Assembly: GCA_031459915.1 (NCBI GenBank)
Contig: JAVKHO010000003.1
Location: 122,594-186,593 of the forward strand
Origin: Candidatus Tepidifontimicrobium thermophilum
GTDB taxonomy: Bacteria; Sysuimicrobiota; Sysuimicrobiia; Sysuimicrobiales; Sysuimicrobiaceae
DNA: 64,000 nt
Direction of reading: 5' to 3'
Position numbers and translations under genes: made by a program. The notes under the pieces are model-generated. The model saw nothing but the letters and a program-made list of their open reading frames with translations. It did no database searches and was not told where the DNA came from. Shown here one piece after another: positions 29,895 through 38,868 of this stretch. Position 1 is the first letter of the stretch, and every line of letters begins with the position of its first letter.

Positions 29895-30131
29895 TCAGCG
29901 CAGCACGCGGGGCAGCAACCACAGGAGCAGCAGGGCGATCCCCGCGGCCACCCACAGCCACGTCTGGAAGGGGCGCGGCCGGCCGGGGCGGCGCAGCCCC
30001 TCGGCACAGGACCGGCACAGGTTGCCGCCCGCGCCGCGTACCACGCAGTCGTTGCAGATCGGCTTGCCGCACCGGTTGCAGTACTGCAGGGCGTCGCGGT
30101 CCGGGTGGTACGCACAGCGGATCGGACTCAC
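29895..30131 (-). CDS. Small B-box-type zinc finger membrane protein
   Basis: CAYHPDR..CNRCGKPICNDC..CRSC plus C-terminal TM helix; GTGA overlap with nfo. Confidence 0.8.
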   Translation of the reverse strand: MSPIRCAYHPDRDALQYCNRCGKPICNDCVVRGAGGNLCRSCAEGLRRPGRPRPFQTWLWVAAGIALLLLWLLPRVLR

Positions 30132-30973
30132 CCGGGCGGCCCTCCCTCCCGCAGGCGCTTCAACCGCTCTAGGTTCGCCCGGTCCGGCCCCGTGCGGTCG
30201 AATCCCGGGGTCTCGATCACGCCGCTCAGGTGCTTCAGGCTGGGGTGGTGGATCCAGGCTCGGAATCCTTCCAGGCCGATGCGGCCCTCGCCGATGTTCT
30301 CGTGGCGGTCGATGCCGCTGGCCAGGTCCGAGCGGGAGTCGTTCAGATGCACCAGCTTCAGCCGGGCGAGGCCGACGCGTTCCCGGAATTCCGCCACCGT
30401 AGCGTCCACGCCTTCCCTGGTGCGGAGGTCCCACCCCGCGGCGAACAGGTGGGCCGTGTCCAGGCAGACCCCCACCCGGGGGTGTCCGTGCAGGGCGTCC
30501 AGGACCATGCGCAGCTCCTCAAAGGTCGCTCCCAGGGTACGACCCGCGCTACCCTCCAGCAAGATCCAGGCACGCTGCGAACCACCCAGTGCACGCTTCA
30601 CCGCCCGGGCCACCCGGCCCACCGCGCGTCCCAGCGGCAGCCCGCGCTGGCTCCCCAGGTGGGTGACCACGCCCAGCCCTCCGGCTTCCTCCACGGTACG
30701 CAAGGCGTGAGCCAGGTGGCGCACCGACCGCTCGTACAGCTCGCCGTCGGCGGCGAGGTTGACCAGGTACGCCGCGTGCGCCACCAGGGGCCGGAGCCCG
30801 AACCTCCGACACCGCCGCCGCAACTCCGCCAGGTCCTCCGGTGGGTAGTGGACCTCCCGCCAACTGCGGGGGCTTCCTACGAAGATCTGCAGGCACTCAC
30901 CGCCGAGGCGGGCCGCTCGGTCTGCGGCCTCGTAGATCCTGCCCCGGATGGACACGTGGGCCCCGAACCGCAC
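30128..30973 (-). CDS. nfo: Endonuclease IV
   Basis: FGAHVSI, HAAYLVNLA, THLGS, CLDTAHLF, HLNDS, DRHENIGEG, ETP. Confidence 0.92.
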   Translation of the reverse strand: MRFGAHVSIRGRIYEAADRAARLGGECLQIFVGSPRSWREVHYPPEDLAELRRRCRRFGLRPLVAHAAYLVNLAADGELYERSVRHLAHALRTVEEAGGLGVVTHLGSQRGLPLGRAVGRVARAVKRALGGSQRAWILLEGSAGRTLGATFEELRMVLDALHGHPRVGVCLDTAHLFAAGWDLRTREGVDATVAEFRERVGLARLKLVHLNDSRSDLASGIDRHENIGEGRIGLEGFRAWIHHPSLKHLSGVIETPGFDRTGPDRANLERLKRLREGGPPG

Positions 30974-31014
30974 GGTGGTACTGTACTGGGTGGCCCGAGC
31001 GGTATCCTGGTGGC

Positions 31015-31902
31015 GTGTCGACGGCCGCACGCGGAGCGTTGGCGGACCTGGCCCTGCTGGCGGTGGCGGTGGTCTGGGGCACCACCTTCCCGCTGGCGAA
31101 GCGCATCCTGGAGGTCCTACCGCCCTTCTGGTACCTGACGGTGCGCTTCGCGGTGGCGTCCGGCGTCCTGCTGCCCGTGGCCCGGCGGCAGCTGGGACGG
31201 GCAGCACGGCAGGACTGGGCTCGCAGCGCAGGGGTCGGTTTGGCCCTCACCGCAGGGTACGCGCTGCAGACCCTGGGCCTTCAGGGCTCAGGAGCCACGG
31301 ACGCTGCGTTCCTCACGGGGCTGTTCGTGGTGCTGGTGCCCCTGCTGGGAGCGCTGTGGGGTCGCCGCCCTGGTCCCTGGGAGTGGGTGGGGGTCCTGGC
31401 GGGTACAGCCGGTCTCGCGCTCCTGACCGGAGGTCCGGCCGGTCTGGGGGGCCCGGAGCTTTTGCTGGTGGCCTGCGCGGGGTCCTTCGCGGTCCACATC
31501 CTGCTGCTGGACGCGGTGGCCCCGCGGCTTCCCGCAGCCTCCCTGGGCGGCGTGCAGATGCTGGTGGCCGCGGCGGGCTCAGCGGCCTTCGCGGCCACCG
31601 AGCCGGTTCCGGTGAACGTCCCGGGCGAGGTTTGGCTCGCGGTGGTGGGGATGGGGGTGCTGGCCGGCGCTGCGGCGTTCACCGTGCAGTCGTGGGCGCA
31701 ACGGTTCACCTCCCCCACCCATGTGGGTCTGGTGTTCACCGCGGAACCCTTGTCGGCCGCACTGCTGGCGCGGTGGTGGCTCGGCGAAACCTTGAGCCCA
31801 TCGCAGTGGACGGGCGCCGGGCTTATCCTGGTCGGGATCGTGCTGGCACAGTTCCGCGCGGTCCCCGTGGGGACGGCGGTGCAGGGATCGGCGGGGCGCT
31901 AG
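31015..31902 (+). CDS. EamA/DMT family transporter
   Basis: VWGTTF, RF, AFLTGLFVVLVP, QSWAQ, EPL; about 10 TM helices. Confidence 0.88.
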   Translation: MSTAARGALADLALLAVAVVWGTTFPLAKRILEVLPPFWYLTVRFAVASGVLLPVARRQLGRAARQDWARSAGVGLALTAGYALQTLGLQGSGATDAAFLTGLFVVLVPLLGALWGRRPGPWEWVGVLAGTAGLALLTGGPAGLGGPELLLVACAGSFAVHILLLDAVAPRLPAASLGGVQMLVAAAGSAAFAATEPVPVNVPGEVWLAVVGMGVLAGAAAFTVQSWAQRFTSPTHVGLVFTAEPLSAALLARWWLGETLSPSQWTGAGLILVGIVLAQFRAVPVGTAVQGSAGR

Positions 31903-32016
31903 CCCCTGTCCGGGGAGGCGCGGCCTGCGGGCCGGGATGGTCGGGGTTGCGGCGCGGCGGGGTCAGGTTTCACAGGAACCGAACAGGGTCGCAATCCCGA
32001 AAGGGGGCGGACTTCG

Positions 32017-33183
32017 ATGGCGCGCAAGCCTGGCTTCAACACCCTGGCGGCCCACGCGGGTGAACTGGCGGACCCCCACGGGGCGGTCTCGCCGCCCATC
32101 TACCAGACCTCCACGTTCGCCTTCCCCACGGTGGAGGAGGGCGCCCGGCGGGCCGCCTCGTACTCGGAGGCCTTCTACACCCGTTGGGCCAACCCCACGG
32201 TACGGCTGGCGGAACAGCGCGTGGCCGCCCTGGAGGGAGCGGAGGCGTGTGTCCTGACCGCCTCAGGCATGGCCGCGGTGAGTGTGGCGGTGCTGTCCGT
32301 GGTGCGCGCCGGCGACCACGTGGTGTGCGCAGAGTGCGTGTACTCGGGCACCTTCGAGCTGTTCGGGAGGGTCCTGCCGCGCCTGGGGATCCAAACCACC
32401 TTCGTGGACCCCACCGACCCCGAGAACTACGCGCGAGCCATGCGCCCCAACACGCGCTTGGTGTACGTGGAAACCCCCGCGAACCCGGTGCTCGCCATCA
32501 CCGACATCCGGGCCGTAGCGGAGCTGAGCCGGGCCGCGGGCGCGGTGTGCGTGGCGGACAACACCTTCGCGACCCCGTACAACACGCAGCCCCTCGCCCT
32601 GGGAGTGGACGTGGTGGTGCACAGCGCCACCAAGTACCTCGGCGGCCACCACCACCTGGTGCTGGGCGCGGTGGCCGGACCTGCGAGCTTTCTCCGAGGG
32701 TGGCGGGAGCAACTGCGGGTTTTCGGCGGTTGCGCGGACCCCTTCTCCGCGTGGCTGCTGCTCACAGGGATCCAGACGGTGGGCCTGCGGGTCGAGCGGC
32801 AGAACGCCACCGCGCGGGCGCTGGCAGAGTTCCTCCGTCGCCATCCCCGGGTCGAGCGGGTATACTACCCGGGTCTCGCGGACCATCCGGGGCACGACGT
32901 CGCGCGCCGCCAGATGCGGGGCTTCGGCGGCGTCCTGAGCTTCGAGGTGGCCGGGGGGCTGGAGGCTGGCCGCCGGGTGGTGGAGCGGTTGCGGTGGATG
33001 AAGCTGGCCGTGAGCCTGGGCGGCGTGCACTCCCTGGTCACCCACGCGGCCAGTACCACGCACGTGCATGTGCCGCGGGAGGAACGGCTGCGGGCGGGGA
33101 TCTCGGACGGCCTCATCCGGGTGGCGGTGGGCATCGAGGATCCGGAGGACCTGCTGGAGGACCTGGACCAGGCGCTGGCGTGA
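32017..33183 (+). CDS. PLP-dependent trans-sulfuration enzyme (methionine gamma-lyase/cystathionine gamma-synthase family)
   Basis: PPIYQTSTF, YTRWANPT, SGMAA, ETPANP, DNTFATP, HSATKYLGGH, AVSLGG. Confidence 0.9.
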   Translation: MARKPGFNTLAAHAGELADPHGAVSPPIYQTSTFAFPTVEEGARRAASYSEAFYTRWANPTVRLAEQRVAALEGAEACVLTASGMAAVSVAVLSVVRAGDHVVCAECVYSGTFELFGRVLPRLGIQTTFVDPTDPENYARAMRPNTRLVYVETPANPVLAITDIRAVAELSRAAGAVCVADNTFATPYNTQPLALGVDVVVHSATKYLGGHHHLVLGAVAGPASFLRGWREQLRVFGGCADPFSAWLLLTGIQTVGLRVERQNATARALAEFLRRHPRVERVYYPGLADHPGHDVARRQMRGFGGVLSFEVAGGLEAGRRVVERLRWMKLAVSLGGVHSLVTHAASTTHVHVPREERLRAGISDGLIRVAVGIEDPEDLLEDLDQALA

Positions 33184-33665
33184 TGGACCGGAGGATAGCC
33201 CAGCTGCTGGCCCGCACGCGGGTCGTGGTGCACCAAGAGCCTTTGGTGTGGGTGAGCCTGCCGCCGACGGAGCGGGGCCGGCTGCAGCGCCGCGCGCACC
33301 GGTTCCACTCGCCCTTCTGCCTCACCTTCGGGCCCCACGAGGTCTCCCTGGTGTGCCGGGAGGTGGAGTGGGACCAGGTGGGCAGAGGGTTGCGGGCGCG
33401 AGCGGTGCAGCGGGGCTACCGGATGATTACCCTGGACGTGGAGCTGGACCCGGACGTGGTGGGGTACCTGAGGGTGGTGACGGAGCGGCTGGCGCAGGCG
33501 GGAGTGTCGGTGTCCGTGGTCTCCACCTTCCACCGGGACCACCTCTTGGTCCGCGAGCAGGACGTGGCGCGGGCGCAGACGGCCCTGGAAGTCCTGGTCC
33601 AGGAGTGCGCGGGAATGGCCGCGCCGGAGGAGCCGTTGGCCTCCCCGGGAGGCAGCGGACGATGA
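33183..33665 (+). CDS. ACT-domain protein (CASTOR/ACT_7-like)
   Basis: EVSLV, ITLDVEL..VGYL..LAQAGVSV..STFHRDHLLV. Confidence 0.75.
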   Translation: MDRRIAQLLARTRVVVHQEPLVWVSLPPTERGRLQRRAHRFHSPFCLTFGPHEVSLVCREVEWDQVGRGLRARAVQRGYRMITLDVELDPDVVGYLRVVTERLAQAGVSVSVVSTFHRDHLLVREQDVARAQTALEVLVQECAGMAAPEEPLASPGGSGR

Positions 33666-34111
33666 GCGCAGCGGACGGCGATTCCCTACTAGACCGCGGG
33701 TGGGTGGACGAGGCCCGGGCCATCCTGCGGGCGGCGCGCAGGATCGCGGTGGTGGGGTTGTCAGACAAGCCCCACCGGCCCAGCTACGGCGTGGCGCGGT
33801 ACCTGCGGGAACAGGGCTACGAGATCGTCCCCGTGAACCCCCACGTGCGGGAGACCCTGGGGCTGCGGAGCTACCCCTCCCTCCGGGACGTGCCCGGCCC
33901 CGTGGACGTGGTGCAGGTCTTCCGGCGGTCGGAGTACGTGCCGGAGGTGGTGGAGGAAGCGGTGGCGGTGGGGGCGTGGGCGGTGTGGATGCAGGAGGGG
34001 GTGCGTCACGAGGAGGCGGCACGCCGGGCCCGGCAGGCGGGGCTGCGCGTGGTGATGGACGCGTGTATGGCGGTGGTCCACCGGCTCCTGCGGGCTCGAG
34101 GAGAGCTGTAG
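33662..34111 (+). CDS. CoA-binding protein (YccU-like)
   Basis: IAVVGLSDKPHRPS, PVNP, VDVVQVFR, VWMQEG. Confidence 0.9.
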   Translation: MSAADGDSLLDRGWVDEARAILRAARRIAVVGLSDKPHRPSYGVARYLREQGYEIVPVNPHVRETLGLRSYPSLRDVPGPVDVVQVFRRSEYVPEVVEEAVAVGAWAVWMQEGVRHEEAARRARQAGLRVVMDACMAVVHRLLRARGEL

Positions 34112-34151
34112 GACAGTCCACCGGTGGGGGCGCGGTCCAAGGGGGTGTGGG

Positions 34152-35324
34152 ATGGAGAACTACCGGTACCTCATCGTCGGGGGCGGCATGAGTGCCGACG
34201 CGGCCGTGCGGGGGATCCGGGAGCTGGACCCCGACGGGACCGTGGGGTTGGTGAGCGCGGAGCCGTACCCGCCGTACAACCGGCCGCCGCTGTCCAAGGG
34301 ACTGTGGAAGGGGGCTCCCCTGGAACGGGTGTGGCGGCGGACGGAGGAACTCGGCGTGTCCCTGCACCTGGGGCGGACGGTGCAGGTCCTGGACCTGAGA
34401 CACAAGCAGGTGACGGACGACACGGGGCAGGTGTACGGCTTCGAGCGTCTGCTCCTGGCCACGGGTGGAACGCCTCGGCGGCTGCCGCAGGACGGTCTCC
34501 TTTACTTCCGGACCCTGGACGATTACCAGCGCTTGCGGCAGCTGGCGGAGGAAGGGCGCCGCTTCCTCGTCATCGGAGGCGGATTCATCGGCTCGGAGAT
34601 CACCGCGGCTCTGGTCCATGCGGGCAGGTCGGTGACCATGACGTTCCTGGAAGCGGGGGTCGGCGGCCGCCTGTTCCCCCGTGGTCTGTCCCTTTTCCTG
34701 AACGACTACTACCGGGAGCGCGGTGTGGAGGTGCTCCCGGAGGAGAGCGTGGTGGCCGTGGAGCGGGTGGGGAGCCAGTTCCTGGTGCACCTGCAGTCCG
34801 GCCAGCGGGTCCAAGCAGACGCGGTGGTGGCGGGGCTGGGGATCCGGCCGAACACCGAGCTGGCTTCCTCCGCCGGGCTCCCCGTGGAGGACGGCATCGT
34901 GGTGGATGAGTTCCTACGGGCTGGCCACCCCGACGTGTTCGCCGCGGGCGACGTGACGCGCTTCTTCAACCCGACCCTGGGGGTGCGTCTGCGGGTTGAG
35001 CACGAGGACAACGCCAACGCCCAGGGCCGCACCGCGGGACGCAACATGGCGGGCGCCCAGGAGCCCTACACGCACCTGCCGTTTTTCTACTCCGACCTGT
35101 TCGACCTCGGGTACGAGGCGGTGGGCGAGCTGGACCCGCGCCTGGAGGTGGTGGAGGACTGGCAGGAGCCGTACCGCCAGGGAGTGGTGTACTACCTGGA
35201 GGGCGGGCGGGTGCGGGGCGTGTTGCTGTGGAACGTCTGGGGCCAAGTGGACGCCGCCCGTCAGCTCATCGGAGAGCCGGGCCCGCATGACGCCGGAAGC
35301 CTGCGGGGGCGGCTGCCTCAGTGA
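34152..35324 (+). CDS. FAD/NAD(P)-dependent ferredoxin-reductase-like oxidoreductase
   Basis: IVGGG, PYNRPPLSK, LLATGG, IGGGFIGSE, AAGD, RVEH, PFFYSD. Confidence 0.9.
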   Translation: MENYRYLIVGGGMSADAAVRGIRELDPDGTVGLVSAEPYPPYNRPPLSKGLWKGAPLERVWRRTEELGVSLHLGRTVQVLDLRHKQVTDDTGQVYGFERLLLATGGTPRRLPQDGLLYFRTLDDYQRLRQLAEEGRRFLVIGGGFIGSEITAALVHAGRSVTMTFLEAGVGGRLFPRGLSLFLNDYYRERGVEVLPEESVVAVERVGSQFLVHLQSGQRVQADAVVAGLGIRPNTELASSAGLPVEDGIVVDEFLRAGHPDVFAAGDVTRFFNPTLGVRLRVEHEDNANAQGRTAGRNMAGAQEPYTHLPFFYSDLFDLGYEAVGELDPRLEVVEDWQEPYRQGVVYYLEGGRVRGVLLWNVWGQVDAARQLIGEPGPHDAGSLRGRLPQ

Positions 35325-35468
35325 TCCGGCGCCGGGTGGGCTGACGGGCCGACGCCGCGCACGGCCTGGAGGCCGTGCCTTGATCCGCGCCCGCCGAGGC
35401 GGGACCATAGGGACGGCGGTGCGGCCGAGGGCGTCGCCGAACCGGACGGCCGCACGCGCGGCCAGTCC

Positions 35469-36158
35469 ATGGAGCCGTGGCGGGTCACGCGGAAGCGATT
35501 CAACTCGTTACCCGGTCACTGCCCGGTGACGTGGGCCCTGGTGCTCGCGAACGGGGTCACCTTTCTGGCGTCGTTTCTCGGAGTCCCCTTGCCCCTGTCG
35601 TTTCACCCGTACACCGTGGCGGCGCGGCCCTGGACCCTGCTCACGTACGCCCTCGACGGCAGCGGCTCGGTGGTCTCGCTGCTTCTGTCCGGCTACGTGC
35701 TGTGGCTGTTCGGCGGGAGCCTGGAGCGGGGGTGGCTGGGACGGGACTACCTGCGTTTCCTGGTGCTCACCACGGCGGCACCTGCGGTGGGGCTGTGGTT
35801 GGCGGAGGTATGGCTGGGCCGCGCGGCAGGCCTCTCCGGACTGTGGGTACCCGTGGCCGCCTGTGCGGTGGCGTGGTCGCTTTTGCACCCCGGGGAGCGG
35901 CTTTTGGTGTACTTCGCGATCCCCGTGGACGGGCGGTGGATTGGGATCCTCAGCGCCGTCCTGGTCTTCTTCTCCTTCCCGTTCCCCCTGGGTGCCTTTG
36001 CCCTGGCGGGCTGCGCGGTGGCGTGGGGGTACGCGTCCGGCGGGCGGTACAGGATGCAGCACGTCTCGGTGCGCGTCCCGAACCCCCTGGAGGCCTTCCG
36101 CCGGTGGCGGCGGAAACGCGAGTTCCTGAGGCTCATGCGGCGCAGCGGCCTCCACTGA
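35469..36158 (+). CDS. Rhomboid-like membrane protein
   Basis: PVTWAL, PWTLLTY, LFGGSLER, YFAIPV; several TM helices. Confidence 0.65.
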   Translation: MEPWRVTRKRFNSLPGHCPVTWALVLANGVTFLASFLGVPLPLSFHPYTVAARPWTLLTYALDGSGSVVSLLLSGYVLWLFGGSLERGWLGRDYLRFLVLTTAAPAVGLWLAEVWLGRAAGLSGLWVPVAACAVAWSLLHPGERLLVYFAIPVDGRWIGILSAVLVFFSFPFPLGAFALAGCAVAWGYASGGRYRMQHVSVRVPNPLEAFRRWRRKREFLRLMRRSGLH

Positions 36159-36282
36159 ACCATATGAACCGCAGCGCTTCCCTGGGAAGCCGCCAGCGCT
36201 GGACTGCGGGGAACCTCCTTCACAGAGCGTTGACCGTCCAGGGCGAACCTGGAGGGAAAGCCGGGCGGGGAGGTCGGGCGTT

Positions 36283-36648
36283 ATGAAGAGCGGATGGGCC
36301 CCGACGTGGTACGGGCTGGCCCTCGCGCTGGCGGTCACGGCGACCGGCGCCGCGTGGGCCCACCACGGCTGGTCCTCGTACGACGAGGGCCGGCTGCTGA
36401 CCCTGGCCGGGGCCGTGGAAGAGGCGCGTTTCGAGCACCCACACGTCACCGTGCGGGTGCGAGGGGACAACCGGGTGTGGCTGGTGATCCTGCCTCCTCC
36501 CACCCGGGCCGCGGCCGCGGGACTGTCGCCGGACCTGCTGGGGCCCGGGGTCAGGGTGTCCGTGGAGGGTTACCCGCACCGCAGGGACCCCGCGGAGGTG
36601 CGGGCGCTGCGGCTGGTGGTGGGGGACCGGGTCTTCAGACTGCGGTGA
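36283..36648 (+). CDS. DUF6152-like secreted protein
   Basis: Signal peptide then AHHGWSSYD, HPHV, VEGYP; GGGAGG RBS. Confidence 0.72.
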   Translation: MKSGWAPTWYGLALALAVTATGAAWAHHGWSSYDEGRLLTLAGAVEEARFEHPHVTVRVRGDNRVWLVILPPPTRAAAAGLSPDLLGPGVRVSVEGYPHRRDPAEVRALRLVVGDRVFRLR

Positions 36649-37130
36649 ACCACGGCCCGGGTTGGGCGCTGGTGTTGGAGCGGTCGGGGCTGGCGGTCTG
36701 GATGCGCCAAGCCCTGTGGGCGTACCCTGCCGCCGAAGTCGGGCACCTGCTGGGTGTGGTACTGCTGGCGGGCTGCGCGGCGGCCCTGGATCTGCGGCTG
36801 TTGGGGCTGTCCCAGCACCTGTCGGTGCGGCAGCTGGCCGGGCACCTGCTGCCGTGGGCGTGGCGAGGGTTCGGCCTCGTGGTGGTGACGGGGGCGGCTA
36901 TGTTCGCGGCCCACGCGTCGGACTGGTGGCACAACCCTGCCTTTCCAGTCAAGATGGGGTTGGTGGCAGCGGGTGGGGTGAACGTGTGGGCCTTCCACCG
37001 TGGTGTGTACCGGTGGGCGGCTTTCTGGGACCAGGGCCCGCCGCCGCGGGCCGCGCGGGTGGCAGGTGCGGTCTCCTTGGCGGTGTGGATGGCGGTGGTG
37101 GCGTGCGGTCGGTTGCTGGCGTACCTGTAA
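36645..37130 (+). CDS. DUF6644-like membrane protein
   Basis: WAYPAAEVGHLLG, DLRLLG, NPAFPVKM, GRLLAYL. Confidence 0.72.
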   Translation: MNHGPGWALVLERSGLAVWMRQALWAYPAAEVGHLLGVVLLAGCAAALDLRLLGLSQHLSVRQLAGHLLPWAWRGFGLVVVTGAAMFAAHASDWWHNPAFPVKMGLVAAGGVNVWAFHRGVYRWAAFWDQGPPPRAARVAGAVSLAVWMAVVACGRLLAYL

Positions 37131-38098
37131 GGCGCGCAGTCCTTCTCACAGTTGCAGCGGCGCTGGTGGCCGCATCCGCTGCGGCTTCCCAGACGTTCGC
37201 GGCTCAGGTCCTCTACGAGCGGGCGGCCCCTGCGGTCGCCCTCGTGCGGACCCTCCAGGAGGACCGGCAGGGGACCGGCAGCGCGTTCGCGATCTCCCGC
37301 GACGGCTGGGTCCTCACCGCGGCCCACGTGGTACGCCGCGCGGAGCGGATCTCCGCGGAGTTCGAGGTCGGGCGGAGAGTGCCCGCCCGACTGGTGGGCT
37401 ACGACGCCCGCCGGGACGTGGCTCTTCTGCGCGTGGACACCGCAGGGCTGCCGTCCCTGCGGCTGGCAGAGCCCTCGGGCGTTCAGGTGGGCGAACCTGT
37501 GGCGGTCATCGGCAACCCGGGGGGACGCCCCAAGGTCCTCACCACTGGCGTCGTCTTGGACGTGGGTCTGACGCTCCCAGGCCTCGTACCCGGCATCCTC
37601 ATCCGGGTCAGCGCCGCGGTGGCACCGGGCAGTTCGGGAGGTCCGGTGCTGAACGCCCGGGGTGAGGTGGTGGGGGTTGTGGTAGCCGTCTCTGCTCGCC
37701 CCGGAGCCGAAGGGGGGTTGGCGGTGAGCAGCGCCGCGGTGGCGCAGGTTTTGCCCAGCCTCATGGCGGGCGCGCGGGTGGAGCGGGCGTGGATCGGGAT
37801 CCTGGGAACCACGGTGACACCGGAGCTCGCCCGGGAGCGGGGCCTCTCTGTGCAACGGGGGGTTCTGGTGGTGGAGGTGGTCCCGGAGGCGCCTGCGGAC
37901 CGGGCAGGACTGCGGCCTGACGTTGCGAACGGGATGCCCGGGGACGTGATCGTGGCCCTCAACGGGCGCCCCGTGGACACCATGGAGGACCTCCTGGCCC
38001 TCCTGGCGGAACACCAACCCGGGGATCGCGTGCGGCTGCGGGTCGTCCGGGGTAGCGGGGCCTTCGACGTGGAGCTGGTGCTGGGGGTCAGGCCGTGA
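37103..38098 (+). CDS. Secreted HtrA-like S1C protease with PDZ
   Basis: LTAAHVV, DVALL, PGSSGGP, PDZ; start uncertain. Confidence 0.85.
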   Translation: MRSVAGVPVRRAVLLTVAAALVAASAAASQTFAAQVLYERAAPAVALVRTLQEDRQGTGSAFAISRDGWVLTAAHVVRRAERISAEFEVGRRVPARLVGYDARRDVALLRVDTAGLPSLRLAEPSGVQVGEPVAVIGNPGGRPKVLTTGVVLDVGLTLPGLVPGILIRVSAAVAPGSSGGPVLNARGEVVGVVVAVSARPGAEGGLAVSSAAVAQVLPSLMAGARVERAWIGILGTTVTPELARERGLSVQRGVLVVEVVPEAPADRAGLRPDVANGMPGDVIVALNGRPVDTMEDLLALLAEHQPGDRVRLRVVRGSGAFDVELVLGVRP

Positions 38099-38868
38099 CG
38101 GCCAGACCTCCCCGGGAGTCGGTGGGCCGTTGGTCCGGCCCTGCGAACACGGCCCGGTTGTCCGGCGCGGGCGTCCTCGGGACGGTGCTCGTGGTGGAGG
38201 ACGAGCCGCAGATCGCGGGGCTCGTCCAGAGTTACCTGGAACGGGCAGGCTTCAGGGTGGAGGTGGCTTTCGACGGGGCGAGCGCCCTCCACCGGTTTGC
38301 GGACCTGCGCCCGGACGTCGTCGTGTTGGACCTCATGCTGCCCGGCACCGACGGGTGGGAGGTGTGCCGGCGGATCCGGGAGCGGTCCCGGTGCCCGGTG
38401 GTCATGCTCACCGCCCGGGACGCGGTGGAGGACCGGGTGCAGGGGCTGGAGCTGGGGGCCGACGACTACGTGACCAAACCCTTCAGCCCGCGGGAGCTGG
38501 TGGCGCGAATCCAGGCAGTCCTGCGGCGCCGCCGCTGGGGCGGCCGGGAGGTCCTGCGGGTGGGCGACCTGGTGGTGGACTTCCGACGCCGGCGGGTAAT
38601 CCGGTCGGGTAGAACGGTACAGCTCACAGCCACCGAGTGGAAGCTGTTGGAGGCGCTGGCCAGCCAGCCCGGGCACGTGCTGACCCGCTGGCAGATCATC
38701 GACCGGGTCTACGGGGAGTCCTTCGAGGGGTTCGAGCGGACCGTGGACGTGCACGTGAAGAACCTGCGGCAGAAGCTGGAGCCGAACCCGCAGCAGCCCC
38801 GGTACGTGCTGACGGTCCACGGCGTGGGCTACAAGTTCGCGAGGCCCTCCCATGGGCCCAGCTCCTGA
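38095..38868 (+). CDS. OmpR-family response regulator
   Basis: VVEDE, LDLMLP, GADDYVTKPF, RTVDVHVKNLR, GVGYKF. Confidence 0.92.
   Translation: MTARPPRESVGRWSGPANTARLSGAGVLGTVLVVEDEPQIAGLVQSYLERAGFRVEVAFDGASALHRFADLRPDVVVLDLMLPGTDGWEVCRRIRERSRCPVVMLTARDAVEDRVQGLELGADDYVTKPFSPRELVARIQAVLRRRRWGGREVLRVGDLVVDFRRRRVIRSGRTVQLTATEWKLLEALASQPGHVLTRWQIIDRVYGESFEGFERTVDVHVKNLRQKLEPNPQQPRYVLTVHGVGYKFARPSHGPSS

Noticed and set aside
36160..36280. Small hairpins upstream of the DUF6152 gene as a riboswitch
   Set aside because: Short stems expected by chance at this GC content; no recognisable aptamer or expression platform
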